NCBI RefSeq assembly: GCF_043726815.1
Contig: NZ_JAYSJZ010000103.1
Span: 9,870-73,869 of the forward strand
DNA length: 64,000 bases
Direction of reading: 5' to 3'
Origin: Lacisediminihabitans sp.
GTDB taxonomy: Bacteria > Actinomycetota > Actinomycetes > Actinomycetales > Microbacteriaceae
Shown here: positions 16,986-28,137 of the stretch, piece after piece
How positions within the stretch are numbered: the first letter of the stretch is position 1
How the letters are laid out: each line of letters starts with the position of its first letter
Program-made: the position numbers and the translations under genes
Notes under the pieces: model-generated
Told to the model about the DNA's origin: nothing
Database searches by the model: none
The model's input: only the letters and a program-made list of their open reading frames with translations

Positions 16986-18266
16986 TCATGCCCCCGTCGA
17001 GGGCGACGGCGTGAAGCGGTAGGCGAACATGCCGTTCGCGCCGGTGATCTTCACCGATACGGTGCCGACTGTTCCTGCGGCGTCGGAGGCGATGCAATCG
17101 AACGTGGAGCCGACCACGAAAATGGTCAAGGACGCCGGGCACACCACCGAGTATTCGTGGCCCTGGGCGCGGAGTCCGGCCTCGGTCTGCTGTTCTATCG
17201 CCGCGGTGCCACGAGCAGCCACGCTCGCGCCCAGGCCGACACCCGCCCCTACGGCGAGCGCCGAGATGAGCACCGAGTTGATGATGAACAGCCACAGCGG
17301 GAACGAGCCCCGGTGAACCCGCTGGTGGACCCGAACGGTGCGAGCGATGAGGTAGGCGAGCGGGCCGAGAAGGAGCCAGCCGAGGCTTGCCCGCGCCTCG
17401 TAGCCCCACACGTCCAGCTTGATGCGGTCCCGCGACGCGAAGGCAATCGACCAGAGAAGTGGCAGAAGCGCGGCGCCGATGGACCACCACCACGCTCCGG
17501 AGCCCAGAAGGGTGAGCGCAACGATACCCACGGCGGCGATCAGGCCAACCAACGGGGTGAAGCCGACAGCGATGGCGCCCGGGGTGTTCCACCTGATCGG
17601 TGCCGTCACCATCGGCGGCATGTGGGCCTGCCAGGAGCGGTGGTCGCCGAACGGCACGTAGGCGTGGGTCAGGTCCTGGGGGAGCGTTTCGATCTCGGGC
17701 ACGCGGGGGCGGAATGCCGTGGCGGGCGATTCGGCAGCGACCGGCTCGGCCGGTTTGGGTGCCGTGTGCTCGGTCCACTCGGTGCCATTCCACCAGCGGT
17801 TCAATTCGAGACCCGTCGGGTCGTCGAACCAGCCCGCCGGGACACTCAGCGGGCGTGGCTCGAGGGGCGGTACCTCCGGATGGGGCGACGAGGGAGGCCG
17901 CGGCTCGTCAGTGGGCGCAACCGGAGCCTGCGGCGCGGTCGCCTCCGGCTCGGTCGGCTCCGGCTCTTCCGCAGACTCGGTGGTGAGCGGACCGTTCTTC
18001 TCCCGCAGTTGCCGACGGCTGAGAAATACCTCCGTGCCGGCGACGGCGTCCGGCACGGCGTGCGGAAGATCCTCGTGCACGGCGTCCGGCTGACTCTCCG
18101 GCTGATTCTCTGGCCGAGTCTCCGGCGCGGTCTCCTGAACGACCGCCGCCGCTGCGATGACGTCGGCCGTCCAGGCCTCACCGTCCCACCAGCGAAGCCG
18201 ACCGTCGTCCTCGGGGTCGGCGTACCAGCCTGCCGACACCACGTCGGACTGCAGATTCGTTGACAC
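16986..18266 (-). CDS. Membrane protein with two DUF2510-type repeats and a DUF4333-like C-terminal domain
   Basis: GWYADPEDDGRLRWWDGEAWT and GWFDDPTGLELNRWWNGTEWT repeats, a Pro-rich linker, four TM segments, and a C-terminal YSVVCPASL...FDCIASD module. Confidence 0.75.
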   Translation of the reverse strand: MSTNLQSDVVSAGWYADPEDDGRLRWWDGEAWTADVIAAAAVVQETAPETRPENQPESQPDAVHEDLPHAVPDAVAGTEVFLSRRQLREKNGPLTTESAEEPEPTEPEATAPQAPVAPTDEPRPPSSPHPEVPPLEPRPLSVPAGWFDDPTGLELNRWWNGTEWTEHTAPKPAEPVAAESPATAFRPRVPEIETLPQDLTHAYVPFGDHRSWQAHMPPMVTAPIRWNTPGAIAVGFTPLVGLIAAVGIVALTLLGSGAWWWSIGAALLPLLWSIAFASRDRIKLDVWGYEARASLGWLLLGPLAYLIARTVRVHQRVHRGSFPLWLFIINSVLISALAVGAGVGLGASVAARGTAAIEQQTEAGLRAQGHEYSVVCPASLTIFVVGSTFDCIASDAAGTVGTVSVKITGANGMFAYRFTPSPSTGA

Positions 18267-18396
18267 GCTGACATCCCCCGATAGCGGGGCCCGATACTGG
18301 CCCTTTCAGGAGTTTACGGGCATTGCTCATGGCAGGGCGATGCCCGTCCTACCCCAGAACGCGGGGCTCTGCCGCACCCTCGTCGAACTGCTCACT

Positions 18397-18422
18397 GCGA
18401 GCGAGCGAGCGAGCGAGCGAGC
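18397..18422. repeat. Tetranucleotide microsatellite (GCGA) x6.5
   Basis: gcgagcgagcgagcgagcgagcgagc lies in the intergenic region upstream of the 16986..18266 gene. Confidence 0.95.
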
Positions 18423-18464
18423 AACCATCGTGCAAACGGTCCAGACGGCGCAGACATCACGGCG

Positions 18465-18749
18465 TCAATCGTGCTGGTCCTTCCGCTCCTTCTCGCCCTC
18501 GCGAGTCTCCGATTCCGTGTAGCTGCCCATGTCGGGCTCGGTCTCGTCTTCGCGAGTGCGTGAGCCATCACGCAACTCTTCATCCGTGTACGTCCCGCGC
18601 TTGTCCGTGGCGGTGCTGCGCGATCCATCCGGCAGCTGTTCGTCGGTGTACATGCCCTCGTCACCGGATGAGGTCGAGCGGGTTCCGTCGGGCAACTGCT
18701 CGTCCTGGTACATGCCCTTGGCGTCACGTTCGCCTGTGCTGTCAGTCAT
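18465..18749 (-). CDS. Small acidic repeat protein (four ~20-aa G-x-Y-T-D/E-E-x-L-x-D-G-S/T-R repeats)
   Basis: 94 aa. The repeats are GMYQDEQLPDGTRST, GMYTDEQLPDGSRST, GTYTDEELRDGSRT and GSYTESETREGE. The product is highly charged with no hydrophobic core. Confidence 0.6.
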   Translation of the reverse strand: MTDSTGERDAKGMYQDEQLPDGTRSTSSGDEGMYTDEQLPDGSRSTATDKRGTYTDEELRDGSRTREDETEPDMGSYTESETREGEKERKDQHD

Positions 18750-18945
18750 CAGTCTCTTCTCCTGCTCTCGTCGTCGAGTTATCGGCAGTCGAACTCCGCA
18801 CCCCGGTTCGGGCCGCTAATCGTCACGATAGACGCCTCGCGCGAGGTACGGAACCCCGAACGGGCAAGTCGTGCCAGCTCGTTCTTGACCCGGCCGGTGC
18901 GAGGCGAGGACGATCGAGATATCCCATTCGTTTGGAGGTGCGGCC

Positions 18946-19794
18946 GTGACAACGATCACCGACCACGAACTGAAACAAATCGAGCGCGCGAATTCCACGG
19001 GGCTCACCCCCGTGGTCTTCGTGCACGGTCTCTGGCTCCTGCCGAGCAGCTGGGACGAGTGGCGCACGCTCTTCGAGGAGAACGGCTTCGCCACGATCGC
19101 TCCGGGGTGGCCGGACGACCCGGAGACCGTGGGGGAGGCGCGCGAGCATCCGGAGGTCTTCGCCAGGAAGTCGATCGGTGCCGTCACCAGCCACTATCTC
19201 GAGGCCATCGCGAAACTCGGCTCCAAACCCGCGCTCGTGGGCCACTCGTTCGGCGGGGTCATCGCGCAGAAGCTCGCCGGCGACGGCGCCTCGCGCGCCA
19301 CCGTCGCGATCGACCCGGCGCCGTTCCAAGGGGTGCTTCCCCTGCCGGTGTCCTCGCTCCGGTCATCGTCCCCGGTGCTGGCCAATCCGGCCAACTTCGA
19401 CCGAGCCGTCACCCTCACCTTTGAGCAATTCGCCTATGGCTGGGCGAACGCCCTCGACGAGCAGGAGGCGAGGGAGATCTACGAGAGGTACCACGTCGCC
19501 GCCCCCGGTCGCCCCCTCTTCTCCGCGGCCACCGCCAATTTCAATCCGTGGTCCGACGACAAGGTGGACACCACCAACCCCGACCGCGGTCCGCTCCTTC
19601 TCATCTCGGGGGCGGACGACCACACGGTGCCGTGGGCGATCGTCAACGCCTCGTACAACCGGCAGAAGCGCAACGTGGGGGTCACGGAAATCGTCTCGAT
19701 TCCTCACCGCGGCCACTCGCTCACGATCGACAGCGGGTGGGAGGATGTTGCCAAGATCGCCCTCGACTTCGTTAACGAGCACACCGCCGGGTAG
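18946..19794 (+). CDS. Alpha/beta-fold hydrolase
   Basis: VVFVHGLW oxyanion region and nucleophile elbow VGHSFGG; 282 aa, GTG start. Confidence 0.85.
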   Translation: MTTITDHELKQIERANSTGLTPVVFVHGLWLLPSSWDEWRTLFEENGFATIAPGWPDDPETVGEAREHPEVFARKSIGAVTSHYLEAIAKLGSKPALVGHSFGGVIAQKLAGDGASRATVAIDPAPFQGVLPLPVSSLRSSSPVLANPANFDRAVTLTFEQFAYGWANALDEQEAREIYERYHVAAPGRPLFSAATANFNPWSDDKVDTTNPDRGPLLLISGADDHTVPWAIVNASYNRQKRNVGVTEIVSIPHRGHSLTIDSGWEDVAKIALDFVNEHTAG

Positions 19795-19879
19795 CTGTGC
19801 TGGCCCGCGAAGTCGGTCAACCGGCTGGCGGGTGGGCGGGCTTCGATCGCCGTGTGAGGCCTCTCTTGCCCAGGCACGC

Positions 19880-20262
19880 GTTGTGCAGGACGTTCTGGCG
19901 ATTTGCGGGCTCCCACGGGTGCCCACCCCGCAGACTCCGGTTGTGCAGGACAGGTTCTGCAGGACGGCGCCGGCGTCGACGGTTGTCCACCCCGCAGACT
20001 CCGGTTGTGCAGGACAGGTTGTGCAGGACGGCTCGGGCGGATAGCGAGGACGAGAGGTGCAGAACCGACGAGAGCGTCCTGCAGACCGGGACCCTTCGGG
20101 CCGTCGAACCCCTGCCGTGTCCTGCACAAACTGTCCTGCACAAGCTGGCCTGCACAAACTGGCCTGCACAAGCTGTCGCGCACAGGCTGTCCTGCACACG
20201 CTGTCCTGCATAACCAGAGTCTGCGGGGTAGGCACCCACGCCTCCGGGTCCCGTCCTGCAGA
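19880..20262. repeat. Composite imperfect palindrome built from 14-bp GTCCTGCAC-core units and an 18-bp box
   Basis: Seven phased units have cores starting at 20119, 20133, 20147, 20161, 20175, 20189 and 20203. Inverted GTGCAGGAC cores start at 19883, 19943, 19957, 20007 and 20021. The box CCACCCCGCAGACTCCGG occurs at 19923-19940 and 19987-20004, with an inverted copy (2 mismatches) at 20214-20231. Confidence 0.95.
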
Positions 20263-20309
20263 ACACGGCCCGACCGACGCGGGCGGCACCGCCAAAGGGC
20301 CGAGACGCG

Positions 20310-21821
20310 CTAGTCCTCCACGGAGACGGACGGCACCGAGACGGACGGCACCACGGACGGCACCGAGACCGTCGGCACCGACGGGGCCGAGTCGAGCCGA
20401 ATCTTCGGCAGTTTCACGCTCACCTCGCTCGGAAGGGTGACCGTCGCGGCGGGCTGCGCGGCGTGGGCCGCGGCAGTGCCTGCCGCCGCGCCGACAAAGC
20501 TCCCGAGGAGGCTGCGGATGTCGAGTCCGGTCGTCGACTTCAACACCGCGTCGATCTCGGAGAATCCGCCGGCGACGTTCTTGGTGAGCTGGCTCGCGCC
20601 GTCGGTGGAGACCACGGTCAGCTGGTCGATGTTGCCCAGCGGCGCGGCGAGCTCGTGCGCGATCTGCGGGAGCATCTCAACCAGGCGAAGCTGGATGAGC
20701 GCCTCCGAGCGCTGCGCGACGGCGGCCGCCGCAAGCTTGGTCGCCTCGGCCTCGGCGGCGCCCTTGGCGAGAATGGCGTCGGCGGTCGCCTGGCCCTCCG
20801 CGCGGATGGCGTCGGCGTTCGCGATGCGGCTGTCGCGCTCGGCGTTGGCCGCGATGACCCGCGCCTGGGCCTCGGCAGTCGCGGCAACCTTCACCTTGTA
20901 CGCGTCCGCGTCGGCGACGGCGTTGACCTCGGAGGCGAGCTCGGCGGTGCGCAGCTTCGCGGCCGCCTGAGCGGTGACCTCCTGCTCGTGCACGATGTTC
21001 TGCCGCGTCTTCGCCTCGGCCAGCGGCTTCGCTCCCGCGGCCTCCGCCGTGGCCTTGTCCGTGTCGAGCTGGAGTGCGGCACGCTTGAGGGCCAACGTGT
21101 TCTGGGCGATGGCGACCGCCTGCTCGGCGGCGATCGCCGCCTCCTGGGACGCCTGCCCGGCCTGCGCCTCCGCCACCTCGGCAGCCCTCAGCACCGCGGC
21201 CTGCTCGGCGCGGCCCATGTTGCGGATGTAGTCGTTGTCGTCGGAGATGCCCTTGATTTCGAAGGAGTCGACGTCGAGTCCCTGGCTGAGAAGGGACTCG
21301 CGGGCGGTGGACAGAACCGCGGCACCGAGCTCATCCCGCTTCTGGATGATGGTCTGCACATCCGTGCCGCCGATCGACGAGCGAAGCGAACCGGACAGCA
21401 CTTCCAGGGCGAAGCCGTCGATGTTCTTGTCGTTGCCGATGAAGCGCTGGCCGGCCGCGAGGATCGCCGAGTGGGTGTCGCCGACCTTCACGATGGCGAC
21501 GGCCTCGACCGTGAGGGTGATCCCGCGGGCGTCCTGCGCGACGGCGGCGAGCTCGATGGCGCGGGAGCGGAGGCTGATCTTGAAGGCCTTCTGGAAGAAC
21601 GGCGTGATGAACACGCCGGAGCCGACGACGATGCGGATGCCGGACTCCTCGGTCGCGACACCGCCGACGGTCTTCACCTTCGACCGCTTTCCGGTGATCA
21701 GGATCGCCTCGTCCGGGCCGGCGTTCTTGTAGACGGACTTGGCGTAGATGAGAACGACGAAGAAGAGAACGATGACGCCGATGATGATCGCCGGCACGGG
21801 GGAGAACAGAAAGTCGAACAC
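20310..21821 (-). CDS. Flotillin / SPFH (band-7) family membrane-scaffold protein
   Basis: GTG 21821 has GAAGGG upstream. There is an N-terminal TM (PAIIIGVIVLFFVVLIYA), an SPFH domain, a long Ala/Glu/Gln-rich coiled-coil region, and a C-terminal VSVPS-type short repeat tail. Confidence 0.85.
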   Translation of the reverse strand: MFDFLFSPVPAIIIGVIVLFFVVLIYAKSVYKNAGPDEAILITGKRSKVKTVGGVATEESGIRIVVGSGVFITPFFQKAFKISLRSRAIELAAVAQDARGITLTVEAVAIVKVGDTHSAILAAGQRFIGNDKNIDGFALEVLSGSLRSSIGGTDVQTIIQKRDELGAAVLSTARESLLSQGLDVDSFEIKGISDDNDYIRNMGRAEQAAVLRAAEVAEAQAGQASQEAAIAAEQAVAIAQNTLALKRAALQLDTDKATAEAAGAKPLAEAKTRQNIVHEQEVTAQAAAKLRTAELASEVNAVADADAYKVKVAATAEAQARVIAANAERDSRIANADAIRAEGQATADAILAKGAAEAEATKLAAAAVAQRSEALIQLRLVEMLPQIAHELAAPLGNIDQLTVVSTDGASQLTKNVAGGFSEIDAVLKSTTGLDIRSLLGSFVGAAAGTAAAHAAQPAATVTLPSEVSVKLPKIRLDSAPSVPTVSVPSVVPSVSVPSVSVED

Positions 21822-22002
21822 GGGTTGCCCTTCGTGCGCAGGTGGCGCGGCTTCGGCGGAGCGTCTTCCGGCGCATCCACCGGACGGAGAGGGGATCCCT
21901 CGCGCCACCAGCCTAGGGGTGCACTGAGAATCCTTCGCTACCACAATTTTCGAGCAGGAAGGGAGAAGGGAAATTCGGCGCCAGCGGCCTACCCTGAAGA
22001 CC

Positions 22003-24399
<2,397 letters not shown>

Positions 24400-24438
24400 C
24401 CGGCGCCTCTCTCGCGACGCCGGTCTGGAGAACCGCCT

Positions 24439-25770
24439 CTAGACGCCGGTGGGCCCGGACGCCACAACGGGCTGTTCGACGCCCGTCTCGGCGACCTCGG
24501 CGGTCTTGCGCCTTCTCACCAGCACCGCAAAGTACGCGGCGGCACCGGCACCTACCAAGCCGATGGCGGCCGTGATGAGGAAGTAGAGGTTGTTGGCCCC
24601 GGCCACGTCCTTGCCATACGCGGTGTAGATCGCGGCACTGATCTGAGGCAGGACGATGTCGGGAAGGTAGCCCACGAGCGAGATCAGCCCGATCGCGATG
24701 CCCGTGGCCGCGACCGGGACACGGCAGTCCTCCAGCAGCGACCAGTACACACCGCGGATCACGTAGACGAACAGACCGACGAGAACCACCAGGGCGTAGA
24801 CCAGACCGATGGCGAAACCGACGGGCATCAGCGCCAGGGCGATGAGTCCGATCGCCGCAATCACCATGGCGGCCGACAACACCCGCGACTTGCCGAGCCT
24901 GTCCGCAAGGTATCCGCCGCCGAATCCGCCGATGGGACGCATCCACATCACGATCACCGTCACGACGCCGGCGGCGACCGGGGTCACCGCGTGGTTCGTC
25001 GTCAGGTAGCCGGAGAAGTAGTAGTAGGCCCAGAAGAGGGTGTACCCGCAGAAGAGCACGAACATGAGCACCCACACCTCGCGGATCTTCAGGATGCGAC
25101 CCACAGCGGCGAAGGTGGATTCGACGGGCTCGGTGTGGGTCGCTCCGTCGGGCTTCGGCTCATGGCGGGGCAGCACCACGACGAGCGCGACGGCAAGCAC
25201 GATGAGCACGGCACAGTACATGTAGACGACCGCCTGGAATCCCGCCCTGGTGTCGGCGAGGTGCGAACCGCCGCTCCCGACGAACAGCGCGAATATGGCC
25301 ACTGCCACCGTGGCAAGAGCCGCTTCGACCACCCCTCGACCCCCATCGAGAGCGCCGAAGAATCGCCCTTCCTCGTTCTTTGCGGCCAGGAGGTTGACGG
25401 CCTTGAGGAGCGCACTCCAGAAGGTGAACACCGAGGCGAAGCCCCAGACGAGGAAGACATACACCAGCGTCGACTTGTTGGGGATCTGGGCATAGAACAG
25501 TCCGGCGATCGCCGTGAGCGCCAGCGAGAAGGTGATCAGGTACTTCGTGCGAAACCTGTCGGCCAGCCATCCGCTGGGGAGGTAGCCGACGACGAAGATG
25601 ATGCCGAGCATCGAGTAGAGGTTCGCCAGCTCGGCGTTGGACATGTCGAAGACCTTCAGGATGGTCGCTTCGAAGTTCTGGCGCAGGTACACCAGCGGGT
25701 AGATGGAGCCGCCCGCCAGAATCAGGAGGGCGAGCTGGAAAATCTTCGTTGATTTGCCGGGCTTATTCAT
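24439..25770 (-). CDS. MFS transporter
   Basis: ATG 25770 overlaps the kinase stop (ATGA). The product is 443 aa with ~12 TM and has GYLPSGWLADRFRTK in the loop 2-3 position. Confidence 0.85.
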   Translation of the reverse strand: MNKPGKSTKIFQLALLILAGGSIYPLVYLRQNFEATILKVFDMSNAELANLYSMLGIIFVVGYLPSGWLADRFRTKYLITFSLALTAIAGLFYAQIPNKSTLVYVFLVWGFASVFTFWSALLKAVNLLAAKNEEGRFFGALDGGRGVVEAALATVAVAIFALFVGSGGSHLADTRAGFQAVVYMYCAVLIVLAVALVVVLPRHEPKPDGATHTEPVESTFAAVGRILKIREVWVLMFVLFCGYTLFWAYYYFSGYLTTNHAVTPVAAGVVTVIVMWMRPIGGFGGGYLADRLGKSRVLSAAMVIAAIGLIALALMPVGFAIGLVYALVVLVGLFVYVIRGVYWSLLEDCRVPVAATGIAIGLISLVGYLPDIVLPQISAAIYTAYGKDVAGANNLYFLITAAIGLVGAGAAAYFAVLVRRRKTAEVAETGVEQPVVASGPTGV

Positions 25771-27239
25771 GGTCGATTTGCTCCTTGGTGATCGAGAAGG
25801 ATTCGGTGAGTGCGTTGGAGGATGGAGTCGGTCTGCGCCCTGAGGTCGGCGGAGACCTCTCCCAGCCGGGCGTAGAGTTCGGCATTCTCGGGATTCGGCT
25901 CGAACCGATCTTCGCGATGCACCATGTTGCTCGAGGCGTCGTCGAAGGTCGGGTACAGGTCGCAGGCCACGGCCACACAGATGGCCGCGCCGAGGCCGGC
26001 GGCGTTGCGCACCTCGTTGCGCACCACGGGGATGCCGAAGACGTCGGCGAAGATCTGCATGCAAGGGTCGCTGGACGAGCCGCCGCCCGAGACCACGAGA
26101 GTGTTGATGCGGATGCCCCGCTCCTCCTGCATGTCAACCATGTTCTTCTTCATGGTGAAGGCGATTCCCTCGAGGATGGCGCGGTACATGTGGGCATACC
26201 CGTGGCGCTCGTCGAATCCGACGAACATCCCCCTCTTGTGTGGCTCTGTCGGCGGCGCGAGCCAATCGAGAACACACAGCAGGCCGTCGCTTCCCGGCGG
26301 GACGGCGGAGGCCAGGGCATTGAGATGCTCATCCCCGGTCAGACCGGCGGCCGATGAGGCCTCGGTGATCTCCTGCCCGAGCAGGCCTCGCAGCCACGAG
26401 ACTGTCCACATGCCCCGGCGAATGCCGCCGCTCTCGTAGAGGTAACGATGCGGCTCCGACGCGAAATTGGAGAAGTAGGCCTTCGGCTCCGCGACGTATT
26501 CCGCTCCCACGATCATCCCGGCGATGTAGGTGCCGAGCGACACCAGGCCCGTCGTCTCGTCGCGAAGACCCGCCCCGAGAGCCTCGGCGGCCTTGTCGTT
26601 CGCCGTGTGCACCACCGGGAGGCCCCGCGGGATTCCGGTGCGGGCCGCGAACTCGTCATTCACGTGACCGCCCACGTCCCCGGGCATCTGCAGCCGATAC
26701 AGCATGCCCCGGCTGACGTTGAATGAGTCGAACTCCTTCTCGTCACTGAACCAGTCCCACGCGCCGACGTCCATCGGCCATGGGCCGATGTAGTTGGCGA
26801 CGGTGTCGGTGAGTTGGCCGGTGATCCGTCCCATGAGGTAGCCAGACGTGGTGGTGACGTAGACGACGTCGTCGTTGGTCGGTTCGTAGGGTTTGGAGAG
26901 GCGTTCGTCCATCCAGTTCTGCACCGGCTCGACGAGGGTGCCGTCCGCTCGGGTCAGGGCCCGACAACACCGAATGGTGCACAAGCCGACGCCGATGATA
27001 TCCGCGGGATCGCCCGAGAACGCCTCCATGGCCCGGGATGCCGCCGCCACGATCGAGTCGTAGAGGTCGTCGTCCGGATGCTCGACAACTCCCGGAGCGG
27101 GGGTGCTGAGGGGTTTCAGGGCCTGGCTCGCCTCGCACACGACTCGTCCGTCGGTGTCGAAGATGACGACCTTCGAACTTTGGGAGCCGCCGTCGATCCC
27201 CAGAATGTATTTCTTAGGCAGAGTGAGATTCATCGTCAT
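25767..27239 (-). CDS. FGGY-family carbohydrate kinase
   Basis: N-terminal YILGIDGGSQSSKVVIFD (actin-fold phosphate-1 motif) and C-terminal VSGGGSSSDPCMQIFADVFG; 490 aa. Confidence 0.9.
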   Translation of the reverse strand: MTMNLTLPKKYILGIDGGSQSSKVVIFDTDGRVVCEASQALKPLSTPAPGVVEHPDDDLYDSIVAAASRAMEAFSGDPADIIGVGLCTIRCCRALTRADGTLVEPVQNWMDERLSKPYEPTNDDVVYVTTTSGYLMGRITGQLTDTVANYIGPWPMDVGAWDWFSDEKEFDSFNVSRGMLYRLQMPGDVGGHVNDEFAARTGIPRGLPVVHTANDKAAEALGAGLRDETTGLVSLGTYIAGMIVGAEYVAEPKAYFSNFASEPHRYLYESGGIRRGMWTVSWLRGLLGQEITEASSAAGLTGDEHLNALASAVPPGSDGLLCVLDWLAPPTEPHKRGMFVGFDERHGYAHMYRAILEGIAFTMKKNMVDMQEERGIRINTLVVSGGGSSSDPCMQIFADVFGIPVVRNEVRNAAGLGAAICVAVACDLYPTFDDASSNMVHREDRFEPNPENAELYARLGEVSADLRAQTDSILQRTHRILLDHQGANRP

Positions 27240-27248
27240 TACCGGCGC

Positions 27249-28037
27249 TCAGCGCACCAGATAGCCTCCGTCGACACTCAGGATGTGGCCGTTCACGTAG
27301 TCGGAGGCGCGGCTTGCCAGAAACACCGTCGCCCCCATGAGGTCCTGGGTCTGGCCCCACCGGTTGGCTGGGATGTGGTCGAGCACGCGCTGGTTGGTGT
27401 CGGCGTTCGCCCGGGTCGCCGAGGTGAGCTCGGTGGCGTAGTAGCCCGGCGCGATGCCGTTCACCTGAATCCCGAACTGCGCCAGCTCGTCGCAGTACGC
27501 CTTGGTGAATCCGGCGATGCCGTGCTTGGTGGCGGCGTAGGCGGGGGACCACTGGCCGCCGAGGAAAGTGAACACCGAGCAGATGTTGATGATCTTGCCG
27601 CTGCCCTGCTCGATCATCAACTTGGCACACTCGTGGGACATCTCGAAGGCCGCGGTGAGGTTGAGAGCGACCATCGGGTCCCACTGGGTGCGGGTGTATT
27701 TGGTGACGTCAGGCTCGTTGATGCTGCGACCGGCGCAGTTGACGAGGATGTCGACGCTGCCGAATTCCTCGACGCAGGCGTCGACGACCCGCTTGGGGTT
27801 TCCGTCCGCGGTGATGTCCGCCATGAGATAGCCATACCTCGCGCCGGCTTCCTCGACGAGGGCGCCGGTGGTCCCGTCGTCGGGCATGATGCTCACGGCA
27901 AAGACGTTCGCGCCGGCCTTCGCCAGGGCCAGGGCGAATGCCTGGCCGAGCCCGGTGTTGCCACCAGTGACGATGGCGTTCTTGCCGGCGAGTGAGAAGA
28001 AGTCCATCTGGAAGCCAGAAATGGTGGCGTCAGTCAT
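27249..28037 (-). CDS. SDR-family oxidoreductase (KduD/gluconate-5-dehydrogenase-like)
   Basis: ATG 28037; cofactor motif TGGNTGLGQA and catalytic YAATKHG; 262 aa. Confidence 0.9.
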   Translation of the reverse strand: MTDATISGFQMDFFSLAGKNAIVTGGNTGLGQAFALALAKAGANVFAVSIMPDDGTTGALVEEAGARYGYLMADITADGNPKRVVDACVEEFGSVDILVNCAGRSINEPDVTKYTRTQWDPMVALNLTAAFEMSHECAKLMIEQGSGKIINICSVFTFLGGQWSPAYAATKHGIAGFTKAYCDELAQFGIQVNGIAPGYYATELTSATRANADTNQRVLDHIPANRWGQTQDLMGATVFLASRASDYVNGHILSVDGGYLVR

Positions 28038-28137
28038 GCGTATTCTCGATTTCTCTTTGTTCTGGGGTCTGCGCGGGTGCGTCGGAAGGCACGGCATCGC
28101 TGCCGGCCCGCCGCAACACCCGCGCCGGAACCGATGG

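Noticed and set aside
19178-20295. Long ORFs on both strands spanning the 19.8-20.3 kb palindrome (for example 19363..20295(-) at 310 aa and 19178..20044(+) at 288 aa).
   Set aside because: Their translations are dominated by the repeat units (CRTG/VQDS-type reiterations). They overlap the well-supported hydrolase gene out of frame and show no coding bias.
20310-20400. Short tandem DNA repeats (gacggacggcacc-type) at the 3' end of the flotillin gene.
   Set aside because: They simply encode the VSVPS-type low-complexity C-terminal tail of the protein. There is no evidence for an independent element.
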